Assembly: GCA_002269645.1 (NCBI GenBank)
Contig: NIVC01001016.1
Location: 310,001 to 374,000, forward strand
Direction of reading: 5' to 3'
Origin: Macrostomum lignano
Lineage: Eukaryota
DNA length: 64,000 bases
Shown here: positions 53,917 to 64,000 of the stretch, piece after piece
How the letters are laid out: every line of letters begins with the position of its first letter
Position numbering within the stretch: position 1 is the stretch's first letter
Translations under genes and position numbers: made by a program
The notes under the pieces: generated by a model
The model's database searches: none
What the model saw: only the letters and a program-made list of their open reading frames with translations
What the model was told of the DNA's origin: nothing

Positions 53917-55347
53917 TGATGAGGACGCCCTTTTTTCCAAATCCCGCGCTAGCACATGGGCTCTAAACTTACTTGCTTACTAACAGTAGGCTAGGGGCAT
54001 TTTTTATTCTTTTTCTGCGAAGTAACATAAAATTTATACTAGATATATGGTTTGGTCATACTAGTAGTCATAATAACATAGGCGCAGCTTTTTGGGTCAT
54101 AAATCATCGCTTTCGAAGCTGGTCTGACAGCCACCTGCGCCTCACTCAGTGTTGAGGCTGGCGCCAGATGGTCTGAGGGGATGCGAATAGTAGCTTTTTT
54201 TCTCATCATTTTTGACAGGCCATCAGATTTATGAGGTCAGAGCCTATTGTTCGGGTTCACTCAAGCGTGTGACAGCTTTGACAGCTATGCGTTTTACCCC
54301 TAAAAGTACCTTGGGATTAGCGATTAGCGATTTCTCTTCATTATCTTCACTTTCTATTTAATAAGAGCTTTCTAATGTATATTTTTTCATTAATTTTTGT
54401 CAATTCTACGCGAAAAGTCAGTCATAAATCATTTTGTTGCGATTTTGATTGATTTATGTTTTAAAACCTGTCATGTTTTTACGACCCTGTGGGAACTGAT
54501 AGGATCTCCCGGTCACGTGATTCTGGGTGGCCACTAGCTCAGCCAATCAGAAAATTCGGCGCTCATTTTAACAAAACGGCTCAGCCAATCAGAATCGACG
54601 TGTTCCATTATAACAAACTGGGGTCCAGTTGGCGGCTATTTAAGCCGGAGTTTTTGGCCCGCTCGGACCTCAACTGGTACTGGCTCGGGCCCAGTACGCG
54701 ACCGTCGTTTCTTGATCCCCGGATTGCGACTTCCCCCCTCATCATCAAGGACGAATTCCCCCGGTCGTCAGCAGCGAACATCAAAGTTAAGATCATCACC
54801 TGCTAGCTATCAGCGAAGATTGTGTCAGCATCATCCCGAGTCTACAGCTGCGAAGCATCAAGCCAATTCGGTCACTGTGGATTACCTGGTCTCCGGCTGT
54901 TGAGTTTCTGATTGGTTGGGTGAGAGGCTACCTAGACTTGCTTGATTGGGTGATTCCTTATCTGTCCCCTGTTTCAGTAGCTGGATTAGGCGCACACTTT
55001 TGCTCACTTTGTTCAGTAGTGCTGTTGCTGAGGCAGAAGTCATTCAATAATACTTCTAGTAGTCTAAAACTCCAATTCAATCTGAAGTGTGAAGTGATCT
55101 AAGGAGAAGGTTAAATCTAACAGTTATTTTTATCGGTTTTATTTCTTTGTTCGCCGATGGCTCAGATGAGTAGCTAAGCTAGTAGGCGCCGGTCACAGTG
55201 GACCAGGCAAGGCAGTTCTCAGTCGATCAATCTATCAAATCAGTTAGCGAAGCTGCCAGGAGTGCAGAATCGGCGCCAGAGATGTACTTTGTGCACTCTA
55301 GGTTCGCCAAGCGGCTCGGGTAATGAATCATGCGGTCTCTGAAGTTC
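53917..55347. repeat. Unclassified interspersed repeat R, copy 3 (3'-truncated at the gypsy-like element)
   Basis: High colinear similarity to 13887-15335. Confidence 0.87.
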
Positions 55348-55682
55348 GAGTTAGCCATCACTGTGCTCACAGCCATCACTTGCTACTCAGCTTCATCCCA
55401 ATTATCATCATCTACTCAACTTTCATCTATACAACTAAATTACATCAACCCATTGTTGCAGCCGCCAGTGCCCAATAACGTCATAAGCTTCTGTATTAAT
55501 ATTAAACATTGATAATTATAAACCAGTTGGCGTCTTGTTATCTACCGCCATTGCCAAATGCTACCGCTACAAAATCTACTCTGCCATTGTTGAGTTCACC
55601 ATCCTTTTGGGACTAATTAATAACGTCAGTACCCTCGTCAAACGGCCCTTTTGAGGGCTATAGCCACTACTACGCCAATAAC

Positions 55683-56530
55683 GTGACAGACGCCTACAAG
55701 GTTTACATTAACTTAGGCCTAGCGAGCACCGAACCTTTTAAAAGCATTGAAAAGACTTTAAAGGACAAATTTAAGCCCGTAGGACAGAAGGAAGAAGCGA
55801 AGCTAGAGCTGATGAACCGGAAGCAGAAGGAAGACGAATCATTAGAAGAATTTTACGACGCGCTAGTTGAATTAGTTAGGAAAGCAGGACTAGAGAGTCA
55901 GGCCAGAGAGCGAGTTTCTGAACGATTTGAAGCCGGCATAGCAAATTATAAAGTCAGGCGCGCAGTTATTGCCTATCGCAGAACGCATGAATCGAAGTAC
56001 CAGACGCAAGATTTACTGACTGCAGCCAAAAACGAGGAGATCCTCGAGGAGCTCGCCAAGCCCGGCAGTCAAAAGAATAGGAGGAAGCAGGAGGGCTCAA
56101 ATACTTTGACAGCTCAAGTAGAAAAAGAGCAGAAAAAGCCAGCACCCAGCGCGGGGCAAGGCCATCAGTCATTTGGACCTCAGTTTGCTTCCCCAGCCAA
56201 TTATCCTTCGCAGAAGCTATAGGCCACAGGCACCAGTGCAGCCTCCGAATAGCTTTCGGCCACAGCATCACATGAGCAGTTACTTAAGACCCTATAGGCA
56301 GTCTTCGCCATTTGTCAAACCCGCCATGACACGCCCGCCACGCTTTGGTCACGAGGCCGGAGGGGCCAATGACAGGTTCAAACCTTCGGGGCGAACGCGC
56401 CAAATGTGAGAAAGGCCTGTTATGAGTGCGGCGAAGAAACTCACCTGGCTAGAGACTGCCCAGTTAGACGAAATTCTTTAAACTACCGACGGGGCGGCAC
56501 CAATGGAGGGCCAACCGCCCCCAGCCACTA
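55683..56530 (+). pseudogene. Gag (capsid-like region plus CX2CX4HX4C zinc knuckle), with two compensating frameshifts
   Basis: The reading follows the ORF 55683-56222, then the shifted frame of the 56173 ORF, then returns to the first frame for CYECGEETHLARDC at 56418-56459. Confidence 0.8.
56477..56522 (+). promoter_or_regulatory. -1 programmed ribosomal frameshift signal (T TTA AAC plus downstream GC stem-loop)
   Basis: The heptamer at 56477-56483 is in XXXYYYZ register with the CCHC frame, and its -1 frame is the protease frame. A stem ggggcgg...ccgcccc starts about 7 nt downstream. Confidence 0.7.
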
Positions 56531-57526
56531 AACCGATTTGCTCCCAGTAGAAGAGTCGCAGCAGTAGAAGACCAGCGAGTTAGATCAGGCAATGTAGAAT
56601 ATGGCAATTTAGTTTGGTATAATTATTACAGAGGCTACGGATTCCTGTGAGATAGCAATAATAGAGATATTTTCTTTCATGTGATTAATACTAATATAGC
56701 AACTGATTACGAAATTATGCACTTTCTGCGCCAGAGGGCGACAGTAAAATTTATCCGCACTAGCGATACTACTCATAGTAGAAAACAGAGAGCAGTCAAT
56801 GTTAAAATTTGCTCAAGCGAGGAACGCAAATTAGCAGAAATCGATAAACAGAAGTCAGCGAGCTTAGCTAGACAGTCAGAGCAATTGACAGAAGAATTAG
56901 AGGAACGAAGCGAAGCTGCGGCAGCTCAGAGAAGTGCATTGAACAGCATAGACTTGCGACTCAGTGAAGTAGAAGGAAAGAAAGCTTCAGCGGACGAATC
57001 TAAAGTAGTAAAAGAATTATCAGATCTAAGAACCGAATTGAAGGACTTGCGCCAATGCTTGGTAGGGAAAGTCCAAGAAGAATCAGCGAAAGAAGAACCT
57101 GACAAGAGTGCAACGACAACAGAACTTAGAGCTGAACTTAGGGAAATGAAGCAGGAATTAAGAAAGTTAGAGACAGCCATCCAGCGAGATGTGGCAGCTG
57201 AAAAGAAAGCAACAGAGAAGCAAGAAAAGACCGTAGAAGCAGACATATCTAGCCTATTAGTAAACTCAGGATTATTGCTCGATAGCCAGATTAACGGATT
57301 AAGCGAAAAAATATTAGTTGACACCGGCGCCTCGAATTGCCTAATTGATAATAAATTATATCAGCGCCTCTATCCAGCAAATCATAGTTTGAAGCCATTC
57401 TCAGTAAATATGCGATCCGCAAATGGCCAGACTTCAAATTTATTAGGCCAAGTAGCATTGCGCGTTAGATTCGGGGATTGCGAGATTACGCATCCATTCT
57501 ATGTTGCTGAAGGCTTACTAATGTAG
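56477..57526 (+). pseudogene. Pol-frame product: cold-shock domain, coiled coil and retroviral-type aspartic protease (one in-frame TGA at 56648)
   Basis: The frame reads GNLVWYNYYRGYGFL*DSNNRDIFFHV...LRQRATVKF...QRAVNV (CSD with RNP1- and RNP2-like motifs), then an E/K/L-rich heptad region, then KILVDTGASNCLID...MRSANG...LLGQV. Confidence 0.75.
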
Positions 57527-58818
57527 TAGGGGATTATCTTAGGAACGAGAATTATTGTGGGTTGAAATATGCTTTTTGCCTACTATCAGTAGTTTCAACC
57601 CGGGGAAATAATTAGGGCAGGGGTAAATCGCTAGTTTTGGGGTTTCTCTAGAACTACAGAGCAGTTGGGCTCTTGGAAAAGCACGCTGGCTTCGCCGATG
57701 CCCGAGTTGTTCGACACGATGGCGACGGCCGTGTCGGTGGCCATTGCTACCGCCAGCGTATGCCAGACACGAGCATCGACGACATCCGCACGGCCTGTCA
57801 GGCGGAAGGGCTCGCCTTGAAGGGACGCAACGGCACTGGGTCCGCGTCAACGTCGATCGGGGGCGTTTTGCCCGCTGGTCGCTGCGAGTCGTTGTTCGGC
57901 GCCGGTTACCGCCGCCAGCTAGAAGAGGACGGCTCAGTAACGGTTCGCAGCGTGGCGCGCTTTCGAGTCGACACCCACGCGGCTGCTGACAGGTTTGAGT
58001 GCTTGTATATGCGCACCCCACCACGTGCTAAGCGGGACCCGTAGCTGGCGAGCGACTGTTGTTGGTAGTTGGCTAGGCTTTAGTCATCATTGGTTGTACG
58101 GTTCCGCGAGGTCGTCTTGTCAAGTTATCGCTCGGGCAGCGGGTGAAGTAGAGTAGTTGGATGCGAATCGGGGCGCCGCCTGAGCCTCGTTGGGCGCTTA
58201 AATAATTGTCCTGGGCACGACAGAAAACTGCAGCCATTGGGCGATAGTCTTCGCGAGCTGAGTGTTAGTCCGCCACGGGAGCGTGGGTGGAACTTAATTA
58301 TCGTCGAGGCACCTAATTAGAGATAAGCGTCGTGGTACATTGCGATAAGAATTCCGCTGTGGAGACAGTGAGGGTCGAAGCGCCCACCCTACCTTTTTAG
58401 GAGGGGGGAGGTGCAAGTAGTTAAATTAGCGAGTAATAAAGTTTTGCCAGCCAATAAGGTTCATCTTAGCACGCCGATAAAATGAGTAGTTAGATATTTT
58501 TTGTAAAACGTTGCGTTCCGTCGCGATTTGTTTCGATTTATTTATTGATTTGCTTGTGTTGTGTTTTGTCGTGCCGCGTATTGCATAGTAACTTTGCTTA
58601 TGTATTTGATTGCGTTTTGCCGTGTCATAGAATTGTATTGTGTTCATTGCATTAGTCCCCTGATTGCTATAGTTATTCTCGTTGTAACATTGCTTGTTTT
58701 GCGAATTTTGGTTCCCGTAAACGCGAATTTCGTTATATAGTACTCATTTGCTTACTGGAAGTAGTATGTTACGCGTATTTCGAATTTTTCAAGTTTTTCT
58801 TCTTGTACTCTACTTCTT

Positions 58819-58832
58819 TTAGGAGGGGGGAG
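58819..58832 (+). promoter_or_regulatory. Polypurine tract immediately 5' of the LTR (a second copy lies at ~58399-58410)
   Basis: ttttaggaggggggag occurs twice; the second copy is directly followed by tgtagtg. Confidence 0.7.
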
Positions 58833-59480
58833 TGTAGTGTGAGCATCTTTTGCGATAGCCTTGTATTCTATTAGTTAGGTTTTGCATTATTGTTATTGAA
58901 TTATTGTATTTTGCTTTAGTTTAGTCATGCGTTTTTGATGTACTTTTTCTTGTTAGTTAAAATCTAAAATTGTAAACAGGTTAGAGTTAGACGCCAATTC
59001 TGTGACTCAGCGGAGGGTTGAGTTTTTCTGCGAACCCCAGCTTTGCGCGGCCAGCCAATCAGAACCGGCCTGGACCCTGGCACGCGGCAAGTTCCAGTTC
59101 TACCCGGCGCCGCGGGCACAGTGCAAGTCGGCTTAGCGGGCGGCCGGCCAGACGACCACCACCCGGCTTGAGGGGGGTTGTGAGGGTTTGACTCTGACAA
59201 TATATGAAAGTGTGTTTGGCAATCGGATCTCGCCTTCTTTCCCCGGTTCTTGGTTTTGTCCAGCTTTCCGGCCGCTTGCCCTTGTTTTGGTTCGCGCTTT
59301 GAGGCGCTTGAGTTCATCACCCCGGTCCATATTTTTGTCCCCCGCCCAACCGCTCCAGCCTTGTAGCGTAACGTCTACGGCAAATTTCTGTCTGAAGTCG
59401 TCGCTATCAAGCGCGGTTAGATAGAGACTGTCGGATCTGATCAAGTACGCGGCCTCGACCCCGAGGGCCTCAGTGTCACA
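58833..59480 (+). mobile_element. Putative 3' LTR (~650 bp)
   Basis: It starts tgtagtg right after the PPT, ends ...cagtgtcaca and contains cagccaatcag. No matching 5' LTR lies in the window, so the right boundary is tentative. Confidence 0.55.
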
Positions 59481-59944
59481 CTGAAGGGCAGAGCTGATAG
59501 AACTTAGTCAGTGCTCCTTTGAACGGTCGATTCGGCAGGGCTCTCGTTTGAGTGTAGGTTCTGGTTTAGGCCAGGGGTTAGGAGTCTTCTCCGTTGTCCT
59601 GTTCGGTTTCTCTTTTTTTTCTTCTTCAAGCTGGGATCCGCTTGCCAGTGCGTAATTAAATCATTATTACTAATCGTTTGTCTCGTTATACCTTCGGGCA
59701 CTAGATTATAAGCAAGCTCAATAAGGAAGGAGCAAAATTATTCCTGCAAATCCATTAAAAAAGCACATGTTCTTAAGAACCAATTCCTTCTTCAGTTTTA
59801 TAAATCACCTTATTCGAGTAAAATTGTCATAGACGGACACAGATGTTGGCTATGAATCTCTTTTTGCAAAAAGTAACAAAAAGATAGAAGAAAATAAAGC
59901 CAAAAAACCGTCACTAAAGATAGCAGGCATTCCCTCTGAATACT

Positions 59945-60645
59945 TCGAGGTAGAAGGCATCCCTCAGATAGCAGGCGTTCCCCCTGAATAGAAAGCATCC
60001 CCCAGATAGCAAGCAAACCCAGATAGCAAGCAACCCCAGATAGCAAGCATCCCCCAGATAGCAAGCAACCCCAGATAGCAAGCATCCCCCAGATAGCAAG
60101 CAACCCCAGATAGCAAGCATCCCCCAGATAGCAAGCAACCCCAGATAGCAAGCATCCCCCAGATAGCAAGCAACCCCAGATAGCAAGCATCCCCCAGATA
60201 GCAAGCAACCCCAGATAGCAAGCAACCCCAGATAGCAAGCATCCCCCAGATAGCAAGCAACCCCAGATAGCAAGCATCCCCCAGATAGCAAGCAACCCCC
60301 AGGTAGCAAGCATCCCGCAGATAGCAAGCAACCCCAGATAGCAAGCAACCCCAGGTAGCAAGCATCCCCCAGATAGCAAGCAACCCCAGATAGCAAGCAT
60401 CCCCCAGATAGCAAGCAACCCCAGATAGCAAGCATCCCCCAGATAGCAAGCAACCCCCAGATAGCAAGCAACCCCAGATAGCAAGCATCCCCCAGATAGC
60501 AAGCAACCCCAGATAGCAAGCATCCCCCAGATAGCAAGCAACCCCCAGGTAGCAAGCATCCCGCAGATAGCAAGCAACCCCAGATAGCAAGCAACCCCAG
60601 GTAGCAAGCATCCCCCAGATAGCAAGCAACCCCAGATAGCAGAAG
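59945..60645. repeat. 17/18-bp minisatellite with a 35-bp higher-order period (ccccagatagcaagcaa / cccccagatagcaagcat)
   Basis: The two variants alternate, with recurrent rarer variants (aggtag, cccgcag). Confidence 0.95.
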
Positions 60646-60934
60646 TTTGTATTGTATATAAAATGCTAAATACGTGTCGTTTAAGTTACTCGTATACACG
60701 AAAGAAATACCAACAACTACGATTGTACATCCGCATGCAACATGGTTATGAATGATGTTTCTCACAAAAATCTGCGCCATTACATAGTTAAATAGTCTCT
60801 GACTACATGTATAGACAAAAAAATTACTAAATAGATAAACTAAGGTTGGATAAAACTTCACGCAAATATCTTGCAGAATTCAGCCGCTAGAGCCAGATAA
60901 ATTCAACACCTCTGCCCACTTTCCGGCGGAGCTC

Positions 60935-62035
60935 ATGAAACTGAATCGCGAGCACTTTTGTGCTATAATTTTTTATGACTATCGCAGCGGCCTTGGTTGC
61001 CACCAATGCCACGAAAGGCTGTCAGTAGTGGCTTTCGCAGAAGCTGCTCCATCGCGTGCAACGGTCAGCAACTGGTTCCGCGAGTTTCGTTGTGGCCGAG
61101 ACTCGTTGGAAAATGAGGAGCGTACAGGCCGACCTTCAACTGCCACGACACCAGAAACAGTGGCTCGTGTCCGCCAGCTGGTTGAAGCTGTCAGGCGGAT
61201 AAACTACAAGGAGATCGAGGCATCCATTCGCCGGCAATCGCTAAAATCCTTCACGACCACATCGGCTTGCGCAAGCTGACCAGTCGCTGGGTGCCCCACC
61301 TGGCGCAGCCTAAGCAGAAACAGGCCAGGGTCGATTGGTGCCGCCAGATGCTACAAAAGTACAGCGATGCAGCGTCGAAAGCGGTCACTGACATCGTGAC
61401 ATGCGACGAGACTTAAGTATACTGCTACGAGCCAAAGTGCAAGTGCCAGTCGTAGGTGCGGGCGTTTCCAGACGAGGTGCCGCTAACGAAGTCGTGCAAG
61501 GCAGGAGCACCGGCAAGCAGATGGTCGCAACTTCACGCGGCGACTGTGCGGCTGCTGGACCAGCGCACGGTGACTGCGGCCTGGTATACCGGTGTCTGGT
61601 CGCCGCAGGTTATCCACAGCCTGAGCAGGACGCGACCAAAGACCGATGTCCGAGGCCTCAGGACAAAGCGAGCGCTCACACGGCTCAGGCAACAAGGCCG
61701 TTCCTGCAGTCTCAGAGACTGCAGCTGACCAGTCACCCGCCATACTCGCCTAATCTGCATGGCACCTTGTGACTTTTTCATAATTCCCTAAAGTCAAGGA
61801 CTCCCTGCGTGGCCGCGGCGATGTTCGACTGCAGAGGAGGCTGTTGATGCATTCGACGAGATGGTGAAGGGATGTCGACTTCCGAGTGGCACCACTAGCT
61901 GCTTCGTCACCTGGTTTCAGAGGATGAGGCGCTGCATCCAGGCTGGTGGAGAATACTTTGAGAAGCTGTGAAAATTTCAGCTTCATAGCTGCTTCTGTTT
62001 AGATGTAGCTAAGAACTTTTGCAGTGCCCCTCGTA
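60935..62035 (+). mobile_element. Decayed mariner transposon (frameshifted transposase; only the right TIR found)
   Basis: Fragments MKLNREHF...WFREFRCGRDSLENEERTGRP, RWVPH, VTCDET*VYCYEP and HPPYSP. The right end aagaacttttgcagtgcccctcg-ta is the revcomp of ta-cgaggggcactgcaaaagttc. Confidence 0.85.
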
Positions 62036-63235
62036 CAGTGGTCCTTGAAATAAAGCTGCATGGTCTCAAAAATACATGTTTTCGTTTCAGTGCAGCTAAC
62101 CGAGGGTACAAACAGAATTAATTGCACGAGCACGAAAAAGCATCGAGTTGTGGCCGATTAGACGGTGACAATGTGATTTAACTACTTTTTTCGTCAAAAA
62201 ATAAAAATATGCCAGTCATACGGCTGAAATTCATATTTCATATAGTTATATTAAATTGGTTAGTTGCGCACATTAGAAAAAGCTAGACTTAGCTAAGGTG
62301 TGCTCAGTTAAAGTGGAACTTCTCGCTCTATGCTGTTTTAGAAAAGCAGAATTTATATTGTCACATGACTGCTTTTTGTACTGAAAATAACAAGTTGCAT
62401 GATGTAAGTGCGCATTAAGGACATTAATTATCGCTCTCGAGTGACTGGAATCTAACTACTTGTAGCTCCCCACTTCTGTCTTTTTTAAAGTCTGCCGCCT
62501 CTTTACTTATGGAATGTACAGTACAAACGAAATCATGTAAGGAAACGAAACCATCAGTTATATGATGTACATGTAAAAATGCACAATGGTTGCTTCGTAA
62601 ATTTTCATTTGCATTGCATTTTGGTTTTCATTTGCATTAGCTTTGCGATTCTTAAGTGATTTTGAGTTTAAAATCGAAGTTTCACGTGCACAACTCGATA
62701 ATCCTTACAAAAAAGGATTTGTGAAATATCCAAATACAGAATATATTCGTTAATTACTTTTCTCATTTAAAACAAAAATCTATTACATTTTTATGCTTTA
62801 AATATATGGTTGTTATCTAGTGTTTCAAAATTAAAACGAATAAAAATTAATTTTTTACTTGTTTAATACATTATTTTTTTACTTATTTCTAATTTGGTTT
62901 TAATAACTATTATTAACTCATAAACATATACGGAAGATCTCTTTCATAGAAATCTAAAAGAAATCGTAGTGAAAACCGAAGGATAAACCGATAAAGCAGT
63001 TAAAGGCTCACAAATTGGACTACAGTTAAAACTACTTGTAGGCGCTACTGTTGTCAAGTTTCGTGACCTTAATTACATAGTAAAATTGTATGGTATAAAT
63101 TCAAGCCATAATCTTCGTTGTTCCAAATCCAATCCAACTATTTGAAGTGCTGTTTTTTTAACTGAAACATTTGAGTTAATAAATTCGTTTGACATACCTT
63201 ACAAAAATATAATATTCATATATTATGCTATTGCA

Positions 63236-63456
63236 ATGCAAAGGAGTACTAGTGTTCCAACTCAAGGATTAAATGGCATTCACAGTGGAGCTGCAGAAAA
63301 TAATGCTTCAAATTTAAAAAATGTTGAGGAAGAACCAACAGATGCTTTAAAACTACCCTTAAGTATTGTTGATAAGATTGTACCATGTAGCCATGCCAAT
63401 TGTGATCATACATGCAGCAATTGTGTTAACAGTCTAGGGTTAATAGAACAAACAGG
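63236..63456 (+). CDS. Possible first exon of an unidentified gene
   Basis: An ATG-initiated open frame with a small Cys/His cluster (CSHANCDHTCSNC), relatively GC-enriched, ending at a plausible ag|gtaaat donor. Confidence 0.25.
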
Positions 63457-64000
63457 TAAATATAATTGCATTTATAAGCTCTATTTCTTTTTTATACTAA
63501 TATTTATACCCATAGCCATAGGTCCCTAGGCCTAGTCATATAAATTGGCTATTTTAAAAAAATTCATGACTTTGTGATTAAAATTAAAAGTTAGGGGCCT
63601 ATATAAGTTAAAAACTTATTGCCATGCTCAGAAAGTTGGCTTTTTCATTGAAAATTCAAAGCAAATTTAGCCTAGGGCAGAGCAAAGTGAGGGAAGTAAG
63701 GGTAAGGCAAGGGTAGCTCAAGGGTTCCATTCTAGCTAAAATTGTCAGATTTGAGATTGTCATATGGTTTACAAGAAAAACAATTAAATTACCTAAATTG
63801 CCATTGTCCCAGTATTGGACAATGCTACATTTACTAAATTGTTATATTGTATTATATTGGCTATATAGGCCTAAGGATCTCAACTCAGTCATAGTAGCAA
63901 CATGTTTTTGTTTACCATTACCATCAAAACAATTTGCAACTTTAGGCCTAATTTAAATTTATACTATCTGCATAGAGAATATGAAGCCTGTTCTTTGTAA

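Larger units (their letters stand above)
55600..59480 (+). mobile_element. Ty3/gypsy-like LTR retroelement remnant: gag, CSD/coiled-coil/protease pol frame, PPT, 3' LTR; no RT or integrase seen
   Basis: It contains a gag major-homology-like segment QKEDESLEEFYDAL, a CCHC knuckle, a -1 slippery site, a retropepsin motif ILVDTGAS, and a PPT followed by a TG...CA segment. Confidence 0.8.

Noticed and set aside
53917-55347. Repeat R as the 5' LTR of the gypsy-like element
   Set aside because: It shows no similarity to the PPT-adjacent 3' LTR at 58833-59480, no PBS is seen at the junction, and it is truncated relative to the other copies.
59504-59720. Possible non-LTR retrotransposon C-terminal fragment (YNLVPEGI...)
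   Set aside because: It is too short and degenerate to support a call.

Overview
Animal (invertebrate) genomic DNA, rich in repeats. GACA microsatellites and introns filled with minisatellites suggest a Macrostomum-like flatworm, but this is inference only. The host genes I could model by hand are: an intronless membralin (TMEM259); two tandem 4-exon GPI-anchored genes, each with two Ly6/uPAR-like domains; a secreted PAN/apple-like plus fibrinogen-domain gene; a 7-exon mei-P26 (TRIM-NHL) gene; and two paralogous permuted papain-like (PPPDE/LRAT-type) peptidase genes, one of them frameshifted. Mobile DNA includes an intact mariner, a decayed mariner, several MITEs, two tRNA-derived SINE families, a 5S rRNA-headed SINE-like copy and an unclassified 1.4-1.8 kb repeat in three copies. 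Two elements stand out. (1) A 4.3 kb almost fully palindromic mini-Polinton/Maverick with AGTAGTAG termini and a 6-bp TSD, carrying a deleted pPolB gene in each arm. (2) A Ty3/gypsy-like LTR element whose -1 frameshifted pol frame begins with a cold-shock domain and a coiled coil before the protease, with no visible RT or integrase. All assignments come from reading motifs by eye; no database searches were run.
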